Shown: positions 7,281 to 17,481, counted from the first letter of the stretch. The stretch is 43,950 bases of DNA from an uncultured delta proteobacterium (GCA_963798485.1 CAWCTR010000031.1:1-43950), one strand, 5' to 3'. Numbers and translations are program-made. The notes: a model not told the origin generated them from the sequence alone.

Positions 7281-8057
7281 ATGAAGAAAACAAGGAAGAT
7301 CATTAAGATCGATGAGAATAAATGCAATGGGTGCGGCTTGTGTATCCTTACCTGCGCTGAAGGTGCATTGAAGCTCATTGACGGTAAGGCAAGGCTTGTA
7401 GGCGACATCCTGTGCGATGGCATCGGCGCCTGTATCGGCCAATGCCCTCAAGACGCTTTGACAATTGTCGAGCGCGAGGCCGATGCATTCGATGAGCGGG
7501 CAGTGGAGCATCACCTCCGCACAAAACAGCCGCATGGTGCCGATAAGTCCGGCCCGGCCACGCTGGCCTGTGGTTGCCCTTCCTCATCCATTATGACCCT
7601 TATCCCGAAAACATTGAGCCGGGAAGAAAACCCGTGTGCCGAAATGAACTCCCAGCTCGGACACTGGCCAGTGAAGCTCCAACTCCTCTCGCCGGCGGCC
7701 CCGTTCCTGAAGGGCTCGGACATGCTGCTCATGGCTGATTGCTGCGGGGTTGCCATCCCCACGCTGCACAACAGGCTCCTTAAGGGCAGGACTGTGGCCA
7801 TTGCCTGCCCCAAACTGGACGATGTTGAAAAACACATCGTGCGCCTCGCCGAGATCCTTGCCCAGGCCACACCGAAAACGCTTGTAGTCGTTCACATGGA
7901 GGTCCCGTGCTGTACAGGGCTTGTACATGCCGCCATAGAGGCATTAAGACGTTCCGGGGTGAACATCCCCATGAAACATATCGTGATAAGCCGTAGCGGC
8001 GAAATCCTGGCAGAGGAAGCTATCCCTTTGCCGGAACAAGGCCAGGCACATATCTAG
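7281..8057 (+). CDS. 4Fe-4S binding protein (FrdX-like iron-sulfur protein)
   Basis: CNGCGLC...C, CDGIGAC...CP, CGCP, WPVKLQL, ADC, CPKLD, MEVPCC motifs. Confidence 0.88.
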   Translation: MKKTRKIIKIDENKCNGCGLCILTCAEGALKLIDGKARLVGDILCDGIGACIGQCPQDALTIVEREADAFDERAVEHHLRTKQPHGADKSGPATLACGCPSSSIMTLIPKTLSREENPCAEMNSQLGHWPVKLQLLSPAAPFLKGSDMLLMADCCGVAIPTLHNRLLKGRTVAIACPKLDDVEKHIVRLAEILAQATPKTLVVVHMEVPCCTGLVHAAIEALRRSGVNIPMKHIVISRSGEILAEEAIPLPEQGQAHI

Positions 8058-8250
8058 CGAGCAAAAATCTGTCAAATCCTGGTTGACTTACGGCAGAAGA
8101 CAACTATCATTTAACCAGAAACGGTTCTTCATTGCAGCAGTAATTTGCAAATCTTTTTGGACTTGATATAATAATGGTGCAGGCAGTCAAATCAATCCTG
8201 TAGTTTTTGTTATAGGGGCAAGCATAGCACAGGCCCCACCTTTCAATCCA

Positions 8251-9261
8251 TCAATACCCCAGGAATGTATCAATCTTTCCGATCTCGTCCATGAGCCTCT
8301 CAAAGCCGGGAATGGTGAGAGATTGAGGACCGTCGGACAGGGCCTTGTCAGGCTCGGGGTGTACCTCCACCATGATGCCGTGCGCGCCCACCACAAGGGC
8401 CGCCTTTGCCATGGGGGGAACAAGGCTCCTTTTCCCTGTGGCATGCGAGGGATCAACGATCACAGGAAGGTGCGTCAGTTCCTTGATCAGAGGGATAACC
8501 GACAGGTCCAGGCTGTTGCGTGTCGCTGTCTCGAAGGTGCGGATGCCCCGTTCGCAGAGGATGACCTGGTGGTTGCCCCCGGCATAGATATATTCCGCCG
8601 CCGCCAGGAATTCCTCCACCGTTGCGCTCATGCCGCGCTTGAGCAAGACCGGTTTGCTGATACGGCCGAGTTCGGTCAGCAGATCAAAATTCTGCATGTT
8701 CCTGGCACCCACCTGGAGTATGTCGGCATATTCTCCGACAAGCGCCACATTCTCCGTGCCCATTACCTCGGTGACAATGGACAGACCTGTCTCTTTCTTT
8801 GCCAGGGCAAGGAGCTTCAACCCTTCCTCCTTCAGTCCCTGAAAGGTGTGGGGGCCTGTGCGCGGCTTGAATGCCCCCCCGCGCAGCATATCCGCCCCTG
8901 CCTTTTTCACCGCCAACGCCGTCTTGATGATCTGTGTTTCACTCTCTACCGCACAGGGCCCTGCAATGATTACAGGGCGCTTCCCTTCGCCGATCTCATG
9001 CCCGCCCACCTTAATGATTGTGCCGCGGGGGTGAAAGTCCCGGGAAACCAGTTTGTAAGGTTTGGATACATGGATGATCTCTTTGATACCGGGAAGATCC
9101 CGGATATTCGTGTCATCCACATAGCCCTTATTTCCCAGGACCCCGATTGCGGTCCGCTCGCTCCCGGGGATGGGTCTGGCCATCAAACCCATCCGTGCAA
9201 CAGCGGCAATCACGGCCTCGATCTGCTTGTCTGAAGCCTTATGATGCATGACGATCAGCAT
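8251..9261 (-). CDS. aroF: 3-deoxy-7-phosphoheptulonate (DAHP) synthase, type I-beta with N-terminal ACT-like domain
   Basis: [51 protein letters not shown]. Confidence 0.95.
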   Translation of the reverse strand: MLIVMHHKASDKQIEAVIAAVARMGLMARPIPGSERTAIGVLGNKGYVDDTNIRDLPGIKEIIHVSKPYKLVSRDFHPRGTIIKVGGHEIGEGKRPVIIAGPCAVESETQIIKTALAVKKAGADMLRGGAFKPRTGPHTFQGLKEEGLKLLALAKKETGLSIVTEVMGTENVALVGEYADILQVGARNMQNFDLLTELGRISKPVLLKRGMSATVEEFLAAAEYIYAGGNHQVILCERGIRTFETATRNSLDLSVIPLIKELTHLPVIVDPSHATGKRSLVPPMAKAALVVGAHGIMVEVHPEPDKALSDGPQSLTIPGFERLMDEIGKIDTFLGY

Positions 9262-9557
9262 GATGTTCCCTCCAACTCCTTTTCACTTCGCTGCCCTGGG
9301 TGCTCACACCTTAAGGGTGATCGGGCAAGGCCCCGGCTATTACCCCTTCAACATCTTTATGGTGGGATTGTTTACTATGTCCTAACATTATTCAAGTTAA
9401 TAAATCAGCATCTCATAGCACTTCAATAACAAATCTTGATTTATTCAAGAACCTAATGGATAAGGTTATCATCTATAACTAAAATGGTGCTTCTAAGGAC
9501 ATTACTGAAAAGTAGCCGGACACAATCAGTAAACAAAAGCGCCCCAAAGGAGATAAA

Positions 9558-9875
9558 ATGTTTGAAGTGACAGAAACGGCAACAGAGAAGGTTAAGGAGT
9601 TCTTCAAATCGCGTGATGGCATTTCCCCGTTGAGAGTTTTCATTGCCGGCGCCGGTTGCAGCGGACCCCAGCTCGGGATGGCACTTGACGAACCCGGGGA
9701 GAACGATGAGACCTTTGAGGCCGAAGGGTTCACCTATCTCATCGAAAAACCCCTTCTTGAACAGGCAAAGCCCATAAAGGTAGATTATGTCGTAACACCC
9801 CAGGGCGAAGGGTTCATCATCTCCTCCGGCATGAAAAAGACAAGCGAGTGCGGCGGCGGCTGTTGCGGATGCTAG
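9558..9875 (+). CDS. IscA/HesB family protein (Cys form)
   Basis: VTETATEKVKEFF...LRVFIAGAGCSGPQLGMALDE; C-terminal CGGGCCGC. Confidence 0.88.
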   Translation: MFEVTETATEKVKEFFKSRDGISPLRVFIAGAGCSGPQLGMALDEPGENDETFEAEGFTYLIEKPLLEQAKPIKVDYVVTPQGEGFIISSGMKKTSECGGGCCGC

Positions 9876-9886
9876 GTAACCTAGGG

Positions 9887-9928
9887 TCGGCTGTCAGGTG
9901 CGAGCGAGGGCCGCATCAGACAACCGGC
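9887..9928. other. Hairpin between convergent genes (possible terminator)
   Basis: GTCGGCTGTCAGGTGCG ... CGCATCAGACAACCGGC imperfect inverted repeat; no clear U tract. Confidence 0.35.
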
Positions 9929-9975
9929 TTGTTCCGTCGTTACAATCACATTTTACGTATCGAAGACAAGGCTCC

Positions 9976-10203
9976 CTAAGAAAGTGGATGGATGGCCAGC
10001 ACCTTTACCTTGTCCGTCAGGGCTTGTTCCACCCGGGGCTGATCATCCGATTCCACACGGATGCACACCCCGCAGTCGGAGCTCAACTGCTTGGGCACAG
10101 GGATGAGCTTGTGGGTTATGCCCATATTTTTAAGAGCCTTCTCGGCCACAAGCACGGCGCTTACCGATTCGAAGAGAAACACCATGCGCGAAGGCGTGCT
10201 CAT
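9976..10203 (-). CDS. DUF3343 family protein (putative Se/S carrier)
   Basis: FESVSAVLVAEKALK...LIPVPKQLSSDCGVCIRV; ATGA-coupled to the yedF-like gene. Confidence 0.85.
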   Translation of the reverse strand: MSTPSRMVFLFESVSAVLVAEKALKNMGITHKLIPVPKQLSSDCGVCIRVESDDQPRVEQALTDKVKVLAIHPLS

Positions 10204-10781
10204 ACCTGTACGATCCTGTCTGCCGTGAGCATGGTCTGCGCAATATCGTACATGTTCGACACCTCACCTACTGCGAGCTTCTCCTTTAGGGAGAAATAGT
10301 TCAGGCAGGTTCCGCACGCCAGGATCTTTACCCCTGCATTCCTGAGGGCATCCAGATCGTCCAATACCTCGGACCCCTTTACCGCAAGCCTTACGCCGGT
10401 ATTGAAGAGGATCATGACATCGGGCATGGGAGCAGTCTGGGTGAGCGTATGGAGGAAACTCTTCATGAGCACGCCGCCGAGCACCTCCTCTCCCCTGCCC
10501 ATGGTATCGGAAGAGAGGACCACGACAACAGGCCCCTGGCAAGAGATTAGCCCTTGGGCAAGATTGCATGCACCTCCCTTATTGATGCGGATGTGGGTCT
10601 CGCCGCCCTTGAGCTCCTCATGGACAGTGAAGCCCATGTTTGCTGCAAGCCTCTTGACATTCTCGCTCGCCGTTTTGTCATCAACCAGGACAACGACCTC
10701 GTCGTTTTCCTCCAAGGCCTTTTTGGCCAATAACACAGGCTGCGGGCAGGAAAGCCCGCGGGCATCAACGGTATGCGCCAT
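10200..10781 (-). CDS. yedF: Sulfurtransferase-like selenium metabolism protein YedF (TusA/SirA + DsrE domains)
   Basis: VDARGLSCPQPV, SSDTMGRGEEVLG, CGTCLNY, GEVSNMYDI; start after AAAGGAGG. Confidence 0.9.
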   Translation of the reverse strand: MAHTVDARGLSCPQPVLLAKKALEENDEVVVLVDDKTASENVKRLAANMGFTVHEELKGGETHIRINKGGACNLAQGLISCQGPVVVVLSSDTMGRGEEVLGGVLMKSFLHTLTQTAPMPDVMILFNTGVRLAVKGSEVLDDLDALRNAGVKILACGTCLNYFSLKEKLAVGEVSNMYDIAQTMLTADRIVQV

Positions 10782-10807
10782 AGTAGATCCTCCTTTCATT
10801 AATAAGC

Positions 10808-11971
10808 CTACACTTTGCTTGCGATCTGAGTGACGGCATGAATAACCCTCTCAACATCTTCATGGGTTGTGAGGCACCCGAGGCTGAGCCGCACGGTCCC
10901 TTGGGGGAAGGTATGGATCGTCTTGTGGGCGGACGGGGCACAGTGCAGACCGGGCCGCACCATGATTGCATATTCATCATCGAGCTTGAATGCTAATTCG
11001 GATGGGCTCATGCCATCAAAAGTGAACGATACGACGGCAATAGTATGCTGTGGATCTTCCGGGCCATGGATGTGCACACCGGGGATGGACGCGAGTGCTG
11101 CCCTGAGCTCAGCTGCCAGGCCCATCTCGTGTGCCCTGATGGAATCGATGCCGCGCTCTAAAATGAACCGAACCCCTGAAAGCAGCCCTGCAATGCCTGG
11201 TGTATTGGGCGTCCCTGATTCGTATTTATCGGGCATGAAGGCGGGTTGTTCCTCATGCTCAGAGGCGCTGCCCGTTCCACCCATCATGAGGGGCCGGATC
11301 CTCTGCTCCAGGCCTGCCCTGATATAAAGCCCTCCTGTTCCCTGCGGGCCGTAGAGAGACTTATGCCCGGTAAATGCCAACAGATCGATGTTCATCCCAT
11401 CTACATCTATGGGAAGACAGCCTGCACTCTGTGCGGCATCCACGCAGAAGACTATGCCGTTTTCCTTTGCGATTGCACCGATCTTGGATACCGGCATGAT
11501 GGTGCCCGTGACATTGGATGCATGGGTGAGGATAATGAGTTTTGTACCAGGCCTGATGGCCTTTTTCACATCTTCCGGGTCAAGCTCGCCGGTAGATGAG
11601 CAGCCGAGAACGCTCAGATCAACCCCACGATCTTGTGCCGCATGAAGGGGCCGCATCACGGAATTGTGCTCCATGCCGGAGGTAATGACATGATCTCCCG
11701 GCCTGAGCAGGCCGGCGATGATTATATTCAGGGCCTCTGTGGCGTTCTTGGTGAACACCACCTTCAACGGGTCATTTATGGCAAAGAGTGAAGCAACCCC
11801 CTGGCGGGCATCAGCGATGGTACGGGCAGCCTCAATGGAGAGGCTATGCCCGGAGCGCCCGGGATTTGCAGCAGCCTCTACCAGGACCCGTTCCACAGCA
11901 CCGATGACCTGAGAGGGTTTCGGCCAGGTGCTTGCTGCGTTATCAAGATAGGTGATGGTTTTCCGATCCAT
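10808..11971 (-). CDS. Cysteine desulfurase / selenocysteine lyase family (aminotransferase class V)
   Basis: YLDNAAST, NPGRSGH, MEHNSV, VDAAQSAG, FTGHKSLYGPQG, RPGLHCAP. Confidence 0.92.
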   Translation of the reverse strand: MDRKTITYLDNAASTWPKPSQVIGAVERVLVEAAANPGRSGHSLSIEAARTIADARQGVASLFAINDPLKVVFTKNATEALNIIIAGLLRPGDHVITSGMEHNSVMRPLHAAQDRGVDLSVLGCSSTGELDPEDVKKAIRPGTKLIILTHASNVTGTIMPVSKIGAIAKENGIVFCVDAAQSAGCLPIDVDGMNIDLLAFTGHKSLYGPQGTGGLYIRAGLEQRIRPLMMGGTGSASEHEEQPAFMPDKYESGTPNTPGIAGLLSGVRFILERGIDSIRAHEMGLAAELRAALASIPGVHIHGPEDPQHTIAVVSFTFDGMSPSELAFKLDDEYAIMVRPGLHCAPSAHKTIHTFPQGTVRLSLGCLTTHEDVERVIHAVTQIASKV

Positions 11972-12207
11972 TAAAATATTCCTTGCACCTATGTGCCCAT
12001 CAAAGAATATAAGTGAATGAGGTCTTTGTACTTTTTAAGAACTAGTGGATCGACCCGCCTGTGTCAAATTCGATGAGGGCATGGTTTACTGGTCTGCATT
12101 CATTTCTTGAATACAGCTTGAGAAAAGGCTATTGCCTTACGATTGCGACTTTCTGATCAAACTGATACGTTAAGCACTTCAAATAATCTGCTAAAGGTGG
12201 TGACATC

Positions 12208-13221
12208 TTGAAAGCATTCTTATTGTTTTGCAGTATCCTGATCAGTACTATTTCCTATGCTGCGGAGCCTGGATATCACTTAATCAAAAAGCTGCACCTG
12301 GGCGGCGAAGGCGGTTGGGATTACCTGACTGTAGACAGCACAGCCAGGCGGTTGTACATTTCCCGGTCCACCCACGTTATGGTGGTCGATATCGACACGG
12401 ATAAGGTAGTAGGCGATATTGCCGACACTCCGGGCGTTCATGGAATCGCTATAGCGCCGGAGTTGAACCGAGGCTTCACCAGTAACGGAAGGGCAAATAC
12501 CGCCACCATTTTCGACCTGAAAACACTGAAGGTCCTCGGTCTAGTGAAAACCGGAGAAAATCCCGATGCCATCCTTTACGACCCTGCCTCTAAACGGGTA
12601 TTCACTTTCAATGGCCGCAGCAAGGACGCCACGGTGTTCAATGCTGCTTCCGGTGAGGTCGCCGACACGATTGCAATTGGCGGCAAACCGGAATTTGCGG
12701 CGGCAGACGGCAAAGGCAAGGTCTATGTAAACGTCGAAGACACCAACGAGGTATTGGAAATAGATAGCCGGAAACTCTCGCCTACAAAAAGGTATTCACT
12801 CAAGCCTGGCGAGGAACCTACCGGAATGGGACTTGATGCGGAGCATCACCGTGTCTATTCGGGATGCCACAACAAATTCATGACTATTCTGGACACGCAG
12901 ACAGGCAAAGTAATTGCCACCGTGCCGATTGGCGAAGGTGTTGACGGAAACGGTTTTGATCCGGAAACGGGACTGGCTTTCAGTGCCAATGGAGATGGTA
13001 CTCTTACCGTGGTACGGGAGTCTTCTTCTGGCGGGTTCGAGGTAGCAGAGACCGTTACTACGCAAGTTAAATCTCGCACAATGGCGATTGATCCCCAGAC
13101 CCACAACATCTATTTGCCGGCCGCACAGTTTTCTCCTCAACCGGCATCGGCGACGGGAGGATCAAGACCCCGCCCGACAATGATCAAGGACAGCTTCGCA
13201 GTTCTTGTCCTTGGGAAATGA
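12208..13221 (+). CDS. YncE/YVTN beta-propeller exported protein
   Basis: Signal peptide; GGEGGWDYL, GVHGIA, GENPDAILYDP, GGKPEFA repeats. Confidence 0.88.
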   Translation: MKAFLLFCSILISTISYAAEPGYHLIKKLHLGGEGGWDYLTVDSTARRLYISRSTHVMVVDIDTDKVVGDIADTPGVHGIAIAPELNRGFTSNGRANTATIFDLKTLKVLGLVKTGENPDAILYDPASKRVFTFNGRSKDATVFNAASGEVADTIAIGGKPEFAAADGKGKVYVNVEDTNEVLEIDSRKLSPTKRYSLKPGEEPTGMGLDAEHHRVYSGCHNKFMTILDTQTGKVIATVPIGEGVDGNGFDPETGLAFSANGDGTLTVVRESSSGGFEVAETVTTQVKSRTMAIDPQTHNIYLPAAQFSPQPASATGGSRPRPTMIKDSFAVLVLGK

Positions 13222-13332
13222 TGCATTAGTTGACAGATGCTTGTGCTTTTATCGAACTTTGGCATTAATAGCCTGCTGCGCAATAACTTGACCGTTGGTT
13301 GCACATCATGAATGGCGAGGAGTTAAGGTATC

Positions 13333-13536
13333 ATGGACGGATTACGTAAGGTCCTCATTATCATAGGATTGTCGATCATACTCATTATGCTTTTGTTTCC
13401 TCCTTTTCACGTGATGTACTCACACGGGATCGGGATACGCAAGGGTTATGCCTTCTTCCTCAACCCACCCACCTTCTGGGGAGGCGTGCAGAGCACCGTG
13501 AATATGAACCTGCTTTTATTCCAGATAGCATACTAG
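13333..13536 (+). CDS. Small hypothetical membrane protein (possibly truncated)
   Basis: GAGGAG upstream; TM helix followed by LFPPF...GYAFFLNPP; ends part-way into a second hydrophobic segment. Confidence 0.5.
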   Translation: MDGLRKVLIIIGLSIILIMLLFPPFHVMYSHGIGIRKGYAFFLNPPTFWGGVQSTVNMNLLLFQIAY

Positions 13537-13870
13537 CATATGAATTTAAGCGAGACTATTAAACTGCTTATCAATATCACGACGATTATAACGATAGCTA
13601 TTGTCATCATTATAATGAATATTCCTTGAGTTAATTTCTGATTGACACCAAGTGAAGTTTCTGTGCCAGGATCGTCGCTATGAGATTGTAGGTTGGATAC
13701 CATAGTTCTGAAAACACGTTCTTCAGTTTTCGGACTTCTTAGAACCGAGAAATCGAATTTACGGAAGACTGTCCTTTCCCCCCTTGCAGTATTCCTATTT
13801 TGAATGAGAATGTCCTCTGGATTCTTTGCTTCTATTATAGTAACCTGGAATATAATCAGGAGGTCTTTCT

Positions 13871-14083
13871 ATGTCAGACATCATTATCTACGGCAAGGCG
13901 GGCTGACCCTACACCGACCAGGCCAGGTCGGCCTATGGGGACAAAGCAACGTATTACGATGTGAAAAAAGACAATGCACGGCTCGAAGAGATGCTCAAAC
14001 TATCAGGCGGAAAACGCCAGGTGCCGCTCATCGTGGATGCTGGAAAGGTAAGGGTAGGTTATGGCGGTTCCTGAGGGGTGTAG
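13871..14083 (+). CDS. Glutaredoxin-like (UXX-star type) selenoprotein with two in-frame UGA codons
   Basis: GGAGG RBS; MSDIIIYGKAG-U-PYTDQARSAYGDKATYYDVKKDNARLEEMLKLSGGKRQVPLIVDAGKVRVGYGGS-U-GV*; TGA at 13904-13906 and 14072-14074, each followed by a SECIS-like hairpin. Confidence 0.88.
13907..13939 (+). promoter_or_regulatory. Putative bacterial SECIS element 1
   Basis: CCCTACACCGACC-AGGCCA-GGTCGGCCTATGGG hairpin immediately 3' of the first UGA. Confidence 0.7.
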
Positions 14084-14109
14084 ATAAGCCCATCGGGTAT
14101 GGGTATACA
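14075..14109 (+). promoter_or_regulatory. Putative bacterial SECIS element 2
   Basis: GCCCAT-CGGGT-ATGGGT hairpin 3' of the second UGA, lying in the 3' UTR. Confidence 0.55.
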
Positions 14110-14173
14110 AAACAGCTGAACCCCTGCAATTAAAACTGCTCCGTGTAGACAAACGAGATGATACCGTCGTCTT

Positions 14174-14629
14174 ATGTTTAAAACATTCTCGGTTAAGGAT
14201 GAATATCTTAAAGGGCCTCGTAGTGATTCTTCTTGGGGTCTTCTTAAAAAAAACAAATATGAGAGGCAGTACAAACTAAGCAGCTTAAGAGAAAGCATCC
14301 AGATCAAATCCGCAACCATGACTCCTTCTGCTAAGGATGATCTCGAGGCCCAATACGAACGCGAGCTCAAGGAATATGAACGGTATGTCCAGGATGCCAA
14401 AGACGAGATGAGGGAAGCAGAAGCAAAACTCCTTAATCCTTGGAACAAAGAGCTTGACGACATTATAAAGAGCTATTCAGAAAAAGATGGGATCGACCTT
14501 GTCTTGGAGAAGGCAAAACAGTCAATCATCTATTCCTCTAATAAGATCGACATCACCGACCAGATCATGGATATCTTCAACAAGCGATACAAAGAGAAGT
14601 CTGACAAGGCCAAGGCAAAGAAAGAGTGA
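14174..14629 (+). pseudogene. skp: OmpH/Skp family chaperone, 5'-truncated
   Basis: Coiled coil plus IIKSYSEKDGIDLVLEK...IIYSSNKIDITDQI Skp C-terminus; no signal peptide or N-terminal KIG.VD motif, no good RBS. Confidence 0.6.
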
Positions 14630-14810
14630 GGGATCCGATAATGTCACCATCAGGACCGTTCCGGGGTGAAAGTACCGGAAGTCCGCCATCTTACCCGCTC
14701 AGTGAGTTAATAATTTTTGCTCAAATCATGATCTCTCGTCACTGCGATTTGCAATTTGCTTAATAAGCATTATCTTAGATTTATAATAATTTGAAAGAGG
14801 AGGTGTTGGA

Positions 14811-16499
14811 TTGGTGGAAATCTATTCGGAAAAACCATGGCTGAAAAATTATGACAAGAACGTACCACCGACGCTGAACTATGAGGAAAAGACCTTTGCA
14901 GAAAAGTTCCAGGAAGCCGTAGAAAAATATCCGAACAAGACAGCCCTTGTTTATATGGGAAGGCAGCTCACCTACCGTGACCTCGATGAGCTTTCAAACC
15001 AGCTTGCCCATTTCTTCATCAAAAGCGGCCTGAAACCCGACGACGTGGTGGGGCTCCACATGCCCAATATCCCCGCCCATTATATCAGCATCATCGCAGT
15101 CCAGAAGGCGGGTTGCGTGTCCACAGGGCTGAGTCCCCTGCTTACGCCCAATGAGATGGAGCATCAGCTGAATGACTCACAGGCGAAGATTATCATGAGC
15201 GTAGATCTCCTTTTCGGGAAGATTGCGGAAGTAGCAGACAAGACGAAATTCTCTTCCGTGGTTGTTTCCGAGATCGCCGATTTTCTGCCCGGTGTAAAGA
15301 GGGTCCTCGGCAAGTTGTTGAAGAAAATACCCACAGGTGAGATAAAGCCTCTCCCCGGCAAGGACGTGTTGAAATTCATGGATGCCGTCAAGGGGATGCC
15401 GAAAGATCACCTTGCCGTAAAACGTACCATCAACGACACGATCTTCATGATGTACACCGGAGGGACCACCGGACCCTCAAAAGGTGCACTGATCACTCAG
15501 CGCAGCTATATGTCCAATCGGGCGCAGACAATTGCATGGCTTGACATAGGACCCGATTTTTTGGCACTCTCGGCCTTCCCGCTCTTCCATATCGCAGGCC
15601 TCGCTTTCGGCGGGTTTTCCCTCACCGTCGGCGGCACCCAGATCTGCGTGCCGAATCCGCGGGATACCCATTTTATCATCAATGCAATCAAGGATTATAA
15701 GCCTCACGCTATAGTGAATGTACCGACCGTGTTCTTCGAATTAATGAAAAAACCCGAATTCAGGAGACTGGACTTGAGCAGCATCAAGTGGTGCCTTAGT
15801 GCCGCGGCGCCGTTCCCGCCCGAGTATATCGGGGAACTCGAGAGTATCATCGGAAAGGACAATTTCATCGAGCTGTACGGTATGACGGAAACCTCCCCAG
15901 TGACGTGCTGCAATCCCCGCTACGGGAAAAAGAAGCCGTCCTCCATCGGCATGCCCCTGCCGGACACCGAGTTCATGCTCATCGATCCCGAGACGAAACA
16001 GGCAGCGAAACCCGGCGAACCCGGCGAGATTGCCATTCGAGGGCCACAGCTCATGAAGGGATATTACAACCGGCCCGAGGAAACGGCCAACACGATCCGG
16101 GACGGCTGGATGTTCACGGGAGACGTGGCCAGGATGGATGAAGACGGTTACTTCTACCTCGTAGATCGGTTAAAAGACATGGTCATTGTCTCAGGGTTCA
16201 AGGTCTTCACCCGTGAGCTCGACGATGTTCTCATAAAACATCCTGATATTGAGCTTGCAGCCTCCGTCGGCATTGAAGATCCTGCTCGGCCCGGATCCGA
16301 GCGGGTAGGAGTCGCCATAGTGCTCAAACCAGGCATCGAAAGGGACGAGGCTGAAAAAGAGAAGATCATCAAATATCTTAAGCAAAACGTGGCTCCCTAC
16401 AAGGTGCCGAAAGTGATCGAGTTCATGGATCAGCTACCTACAAGTGCTGTAGGCAAGGTCTTGAAGCGTGAGCTCAGAAAAATAATGAACAGATCGTGA
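14811..16499 (+). CDS. Long-chain fatty acid-CoA ligase (AMP-binding)
   Basis: YTGGTTGPSKG, YGMTETSP, TGDVARMDEDGYFYLVDRLKD, GKVLKRELR; GAGGAGG RBS (start TTG 14811 or GTG 14814). Confidence 0.93.
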   Translation: MVEIYSEKPWLKNYDKNVPPTLNYEEKTFAEKFQEAVEKYPNKTALVYMGRQLTYRDLDELSNQLAHFFIKSGLKPDDVVGLHMPNIPAHYISIIAVQKAGCVSTGLSPLLTPNEMEHQLNDSQAKIIMSVDLLFGKIAEVADKTKFSSVVVSEIADFLPGVKRVLGKLLKKIPTGEIKPLPGKDVLKFMDAVKGMPKDHLAVKRTINDTIFMMYTGGTTGPSKGALITQRSYMSNRAQTIAWLDIGPDFLALSAFPLFHIAGLAFGGFSLTVGGTQICVPNPRDTHFIINAIKDYKPHAIVNVPTVFFELMKKPEFRRLDLSSIKWCLSAAAPFPPEYIGELESIIGKDNFIELYGMTETSPVTCCNPRYGKKKPSSIGMPLPDTEFMLIDPETKQAAKPGEPGEIAIRGPQLMKGYYNRPEETANTIRDGWMFTGDVARMDEDGYFYLVDRLKDMVIVSGFKVFTRELDDVLIKHPDIELAASVGIEDPARPGSERVGVAIVLKPGIERDEAEKEKIIKYLKQNVAPYKVPKVIEFMDQLPTSAVGKVLKRELRKIMNRS

Positions 16500-16608
16500 T
16501 ACATAAAAAGCAATTGTAAAATAGCAATATAGCTTCCGAACCACCGATAACCAGAAGGCTTTATCTGCTCAGGGGAGCAGGTTTTATCCTGTGCACCCTA
16601 AGACAAGC

Positions 16609-17481
16609 CTAGCTTACCCCGGCAATGCCGGCAAAGTTGCCTCCGAGCAGCTTTCCCTGGATCATGATATCCGGGAACATACGCTCGATCCTGCGCTTGA
16701 TAAAGCCATAATCGTATTCATGGTCAGGCCCGTGAAACCCGAACGGGCCGTCCGTGCCGAACAGAAGCCGGTCAGCGCCGAGGTAATGTACGGTCTGGCG
16801 GGTGGCGCGTTCGCTCGTGTAGCTTGTCTGGGAAAGGTCCAGATATACATTCTTCCTGTTCTTGATCTTCTTCCAGGTGTCTGCATATCCTGGGAAACCT
16901 GCATGGGCAAGGATGAGCTTCAGATCAGGGACCTTTGCAAGCAGCGCCTCGAAATCGCCTTCTTCACCGAATCCGACATGAATAAGGAGTGGTTTACCGG
17001 TTTTTGCCAGCATCTGGGCTACGGGCGCGAGCTCCACGGGCTGGAAGCGGTGCCAGAAGGAGTGCGCCTTGACCCCGACAAAGCCCGGGTGGTCTTTGTA
17101 TTTCTCGAATTCTGCGACCTGGTCTTTCTTGCCCCTCGGGTTTACGAAGACCCAACCGAGGAACCTCTCGGGATATTTCCCGACGACTTCAAAGACGCTG
17201 TCGTTATCCGGATCCTTATAGATTTGATACGGTTTGCCCAGGATCTTGATATCGCCCTGATTTGTGAAGTTCGAGATAAGGGCCTTACCGATGCCCCGAA
17301 GGGCAGACGTCTCGAGGAGAATCTGCAGGGCCTTGATGAGGAACTCCGGAGGCTCTGTAAAGGGTTCGACTATGCCCCCCATAAGGGCAGTCTTGTGAAT
17401 GCCGCACTTGTCCATTTCTTTCAAAAGGTCATGAACGGTAAGAATCCTCTCCTCGAGATGAAAATGACAATCTATAACCAT
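16609..17481 (-). CDS. Amidohydrolase_2 family metal-dependent hydrolase
   Basis: IDCHFH, GVKAH, LIHVG, ILAHAG, LLFGTDGP, GGNFA; start after GGAGGGG. Confidence 0.9.
   Translation of the reverse strand: MVIDCHFHLEERILTVHDLLKEMDKCGIHKTALMGGIVEPFTEPPEFLIKALQILLETSALRGIGKALISNFTNQGDIKILGKPYQIYKDPDNDSVFEVVGKYPERFLGWVFVNPRGKKDQVAEFEKYKDHPGFVGVKAHSFWHRFQPVELAPVAQMLAKTGKPLLIHVGFGEEGDFEALLAKVPDLKLILAHAGFPGYADTWKKIKNRKNVYLDLSQTSYTSERATRQTVHYLGADRLLFGTDGPFGFHGPDHEYDYGFIKRRIERMFPDIMIQGKLLGGNFAGIAGVS

Noticed and set aside
8323-9234. Long antisense ORFs (also 16591-17571, 26443-27318, 38609-39532, 39802-40515)
   Set aside because: Shadows of well-supported genes on the opposite strand, expected from GC-rich codon bias.
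9876-9945. Hairpin flanked by TAAC...GTT as a possible isolated attC
   Set aside because: R boxes do not fit RYYYAAC/GTTRRRY spacing or complementarity, and it lies between convergent housekeeping genes.
13804-14133. 109-aa ORF from the track
   Set aside because: Alternative frame over the selenoprotein gene, with no RBS or recognisable motifs.
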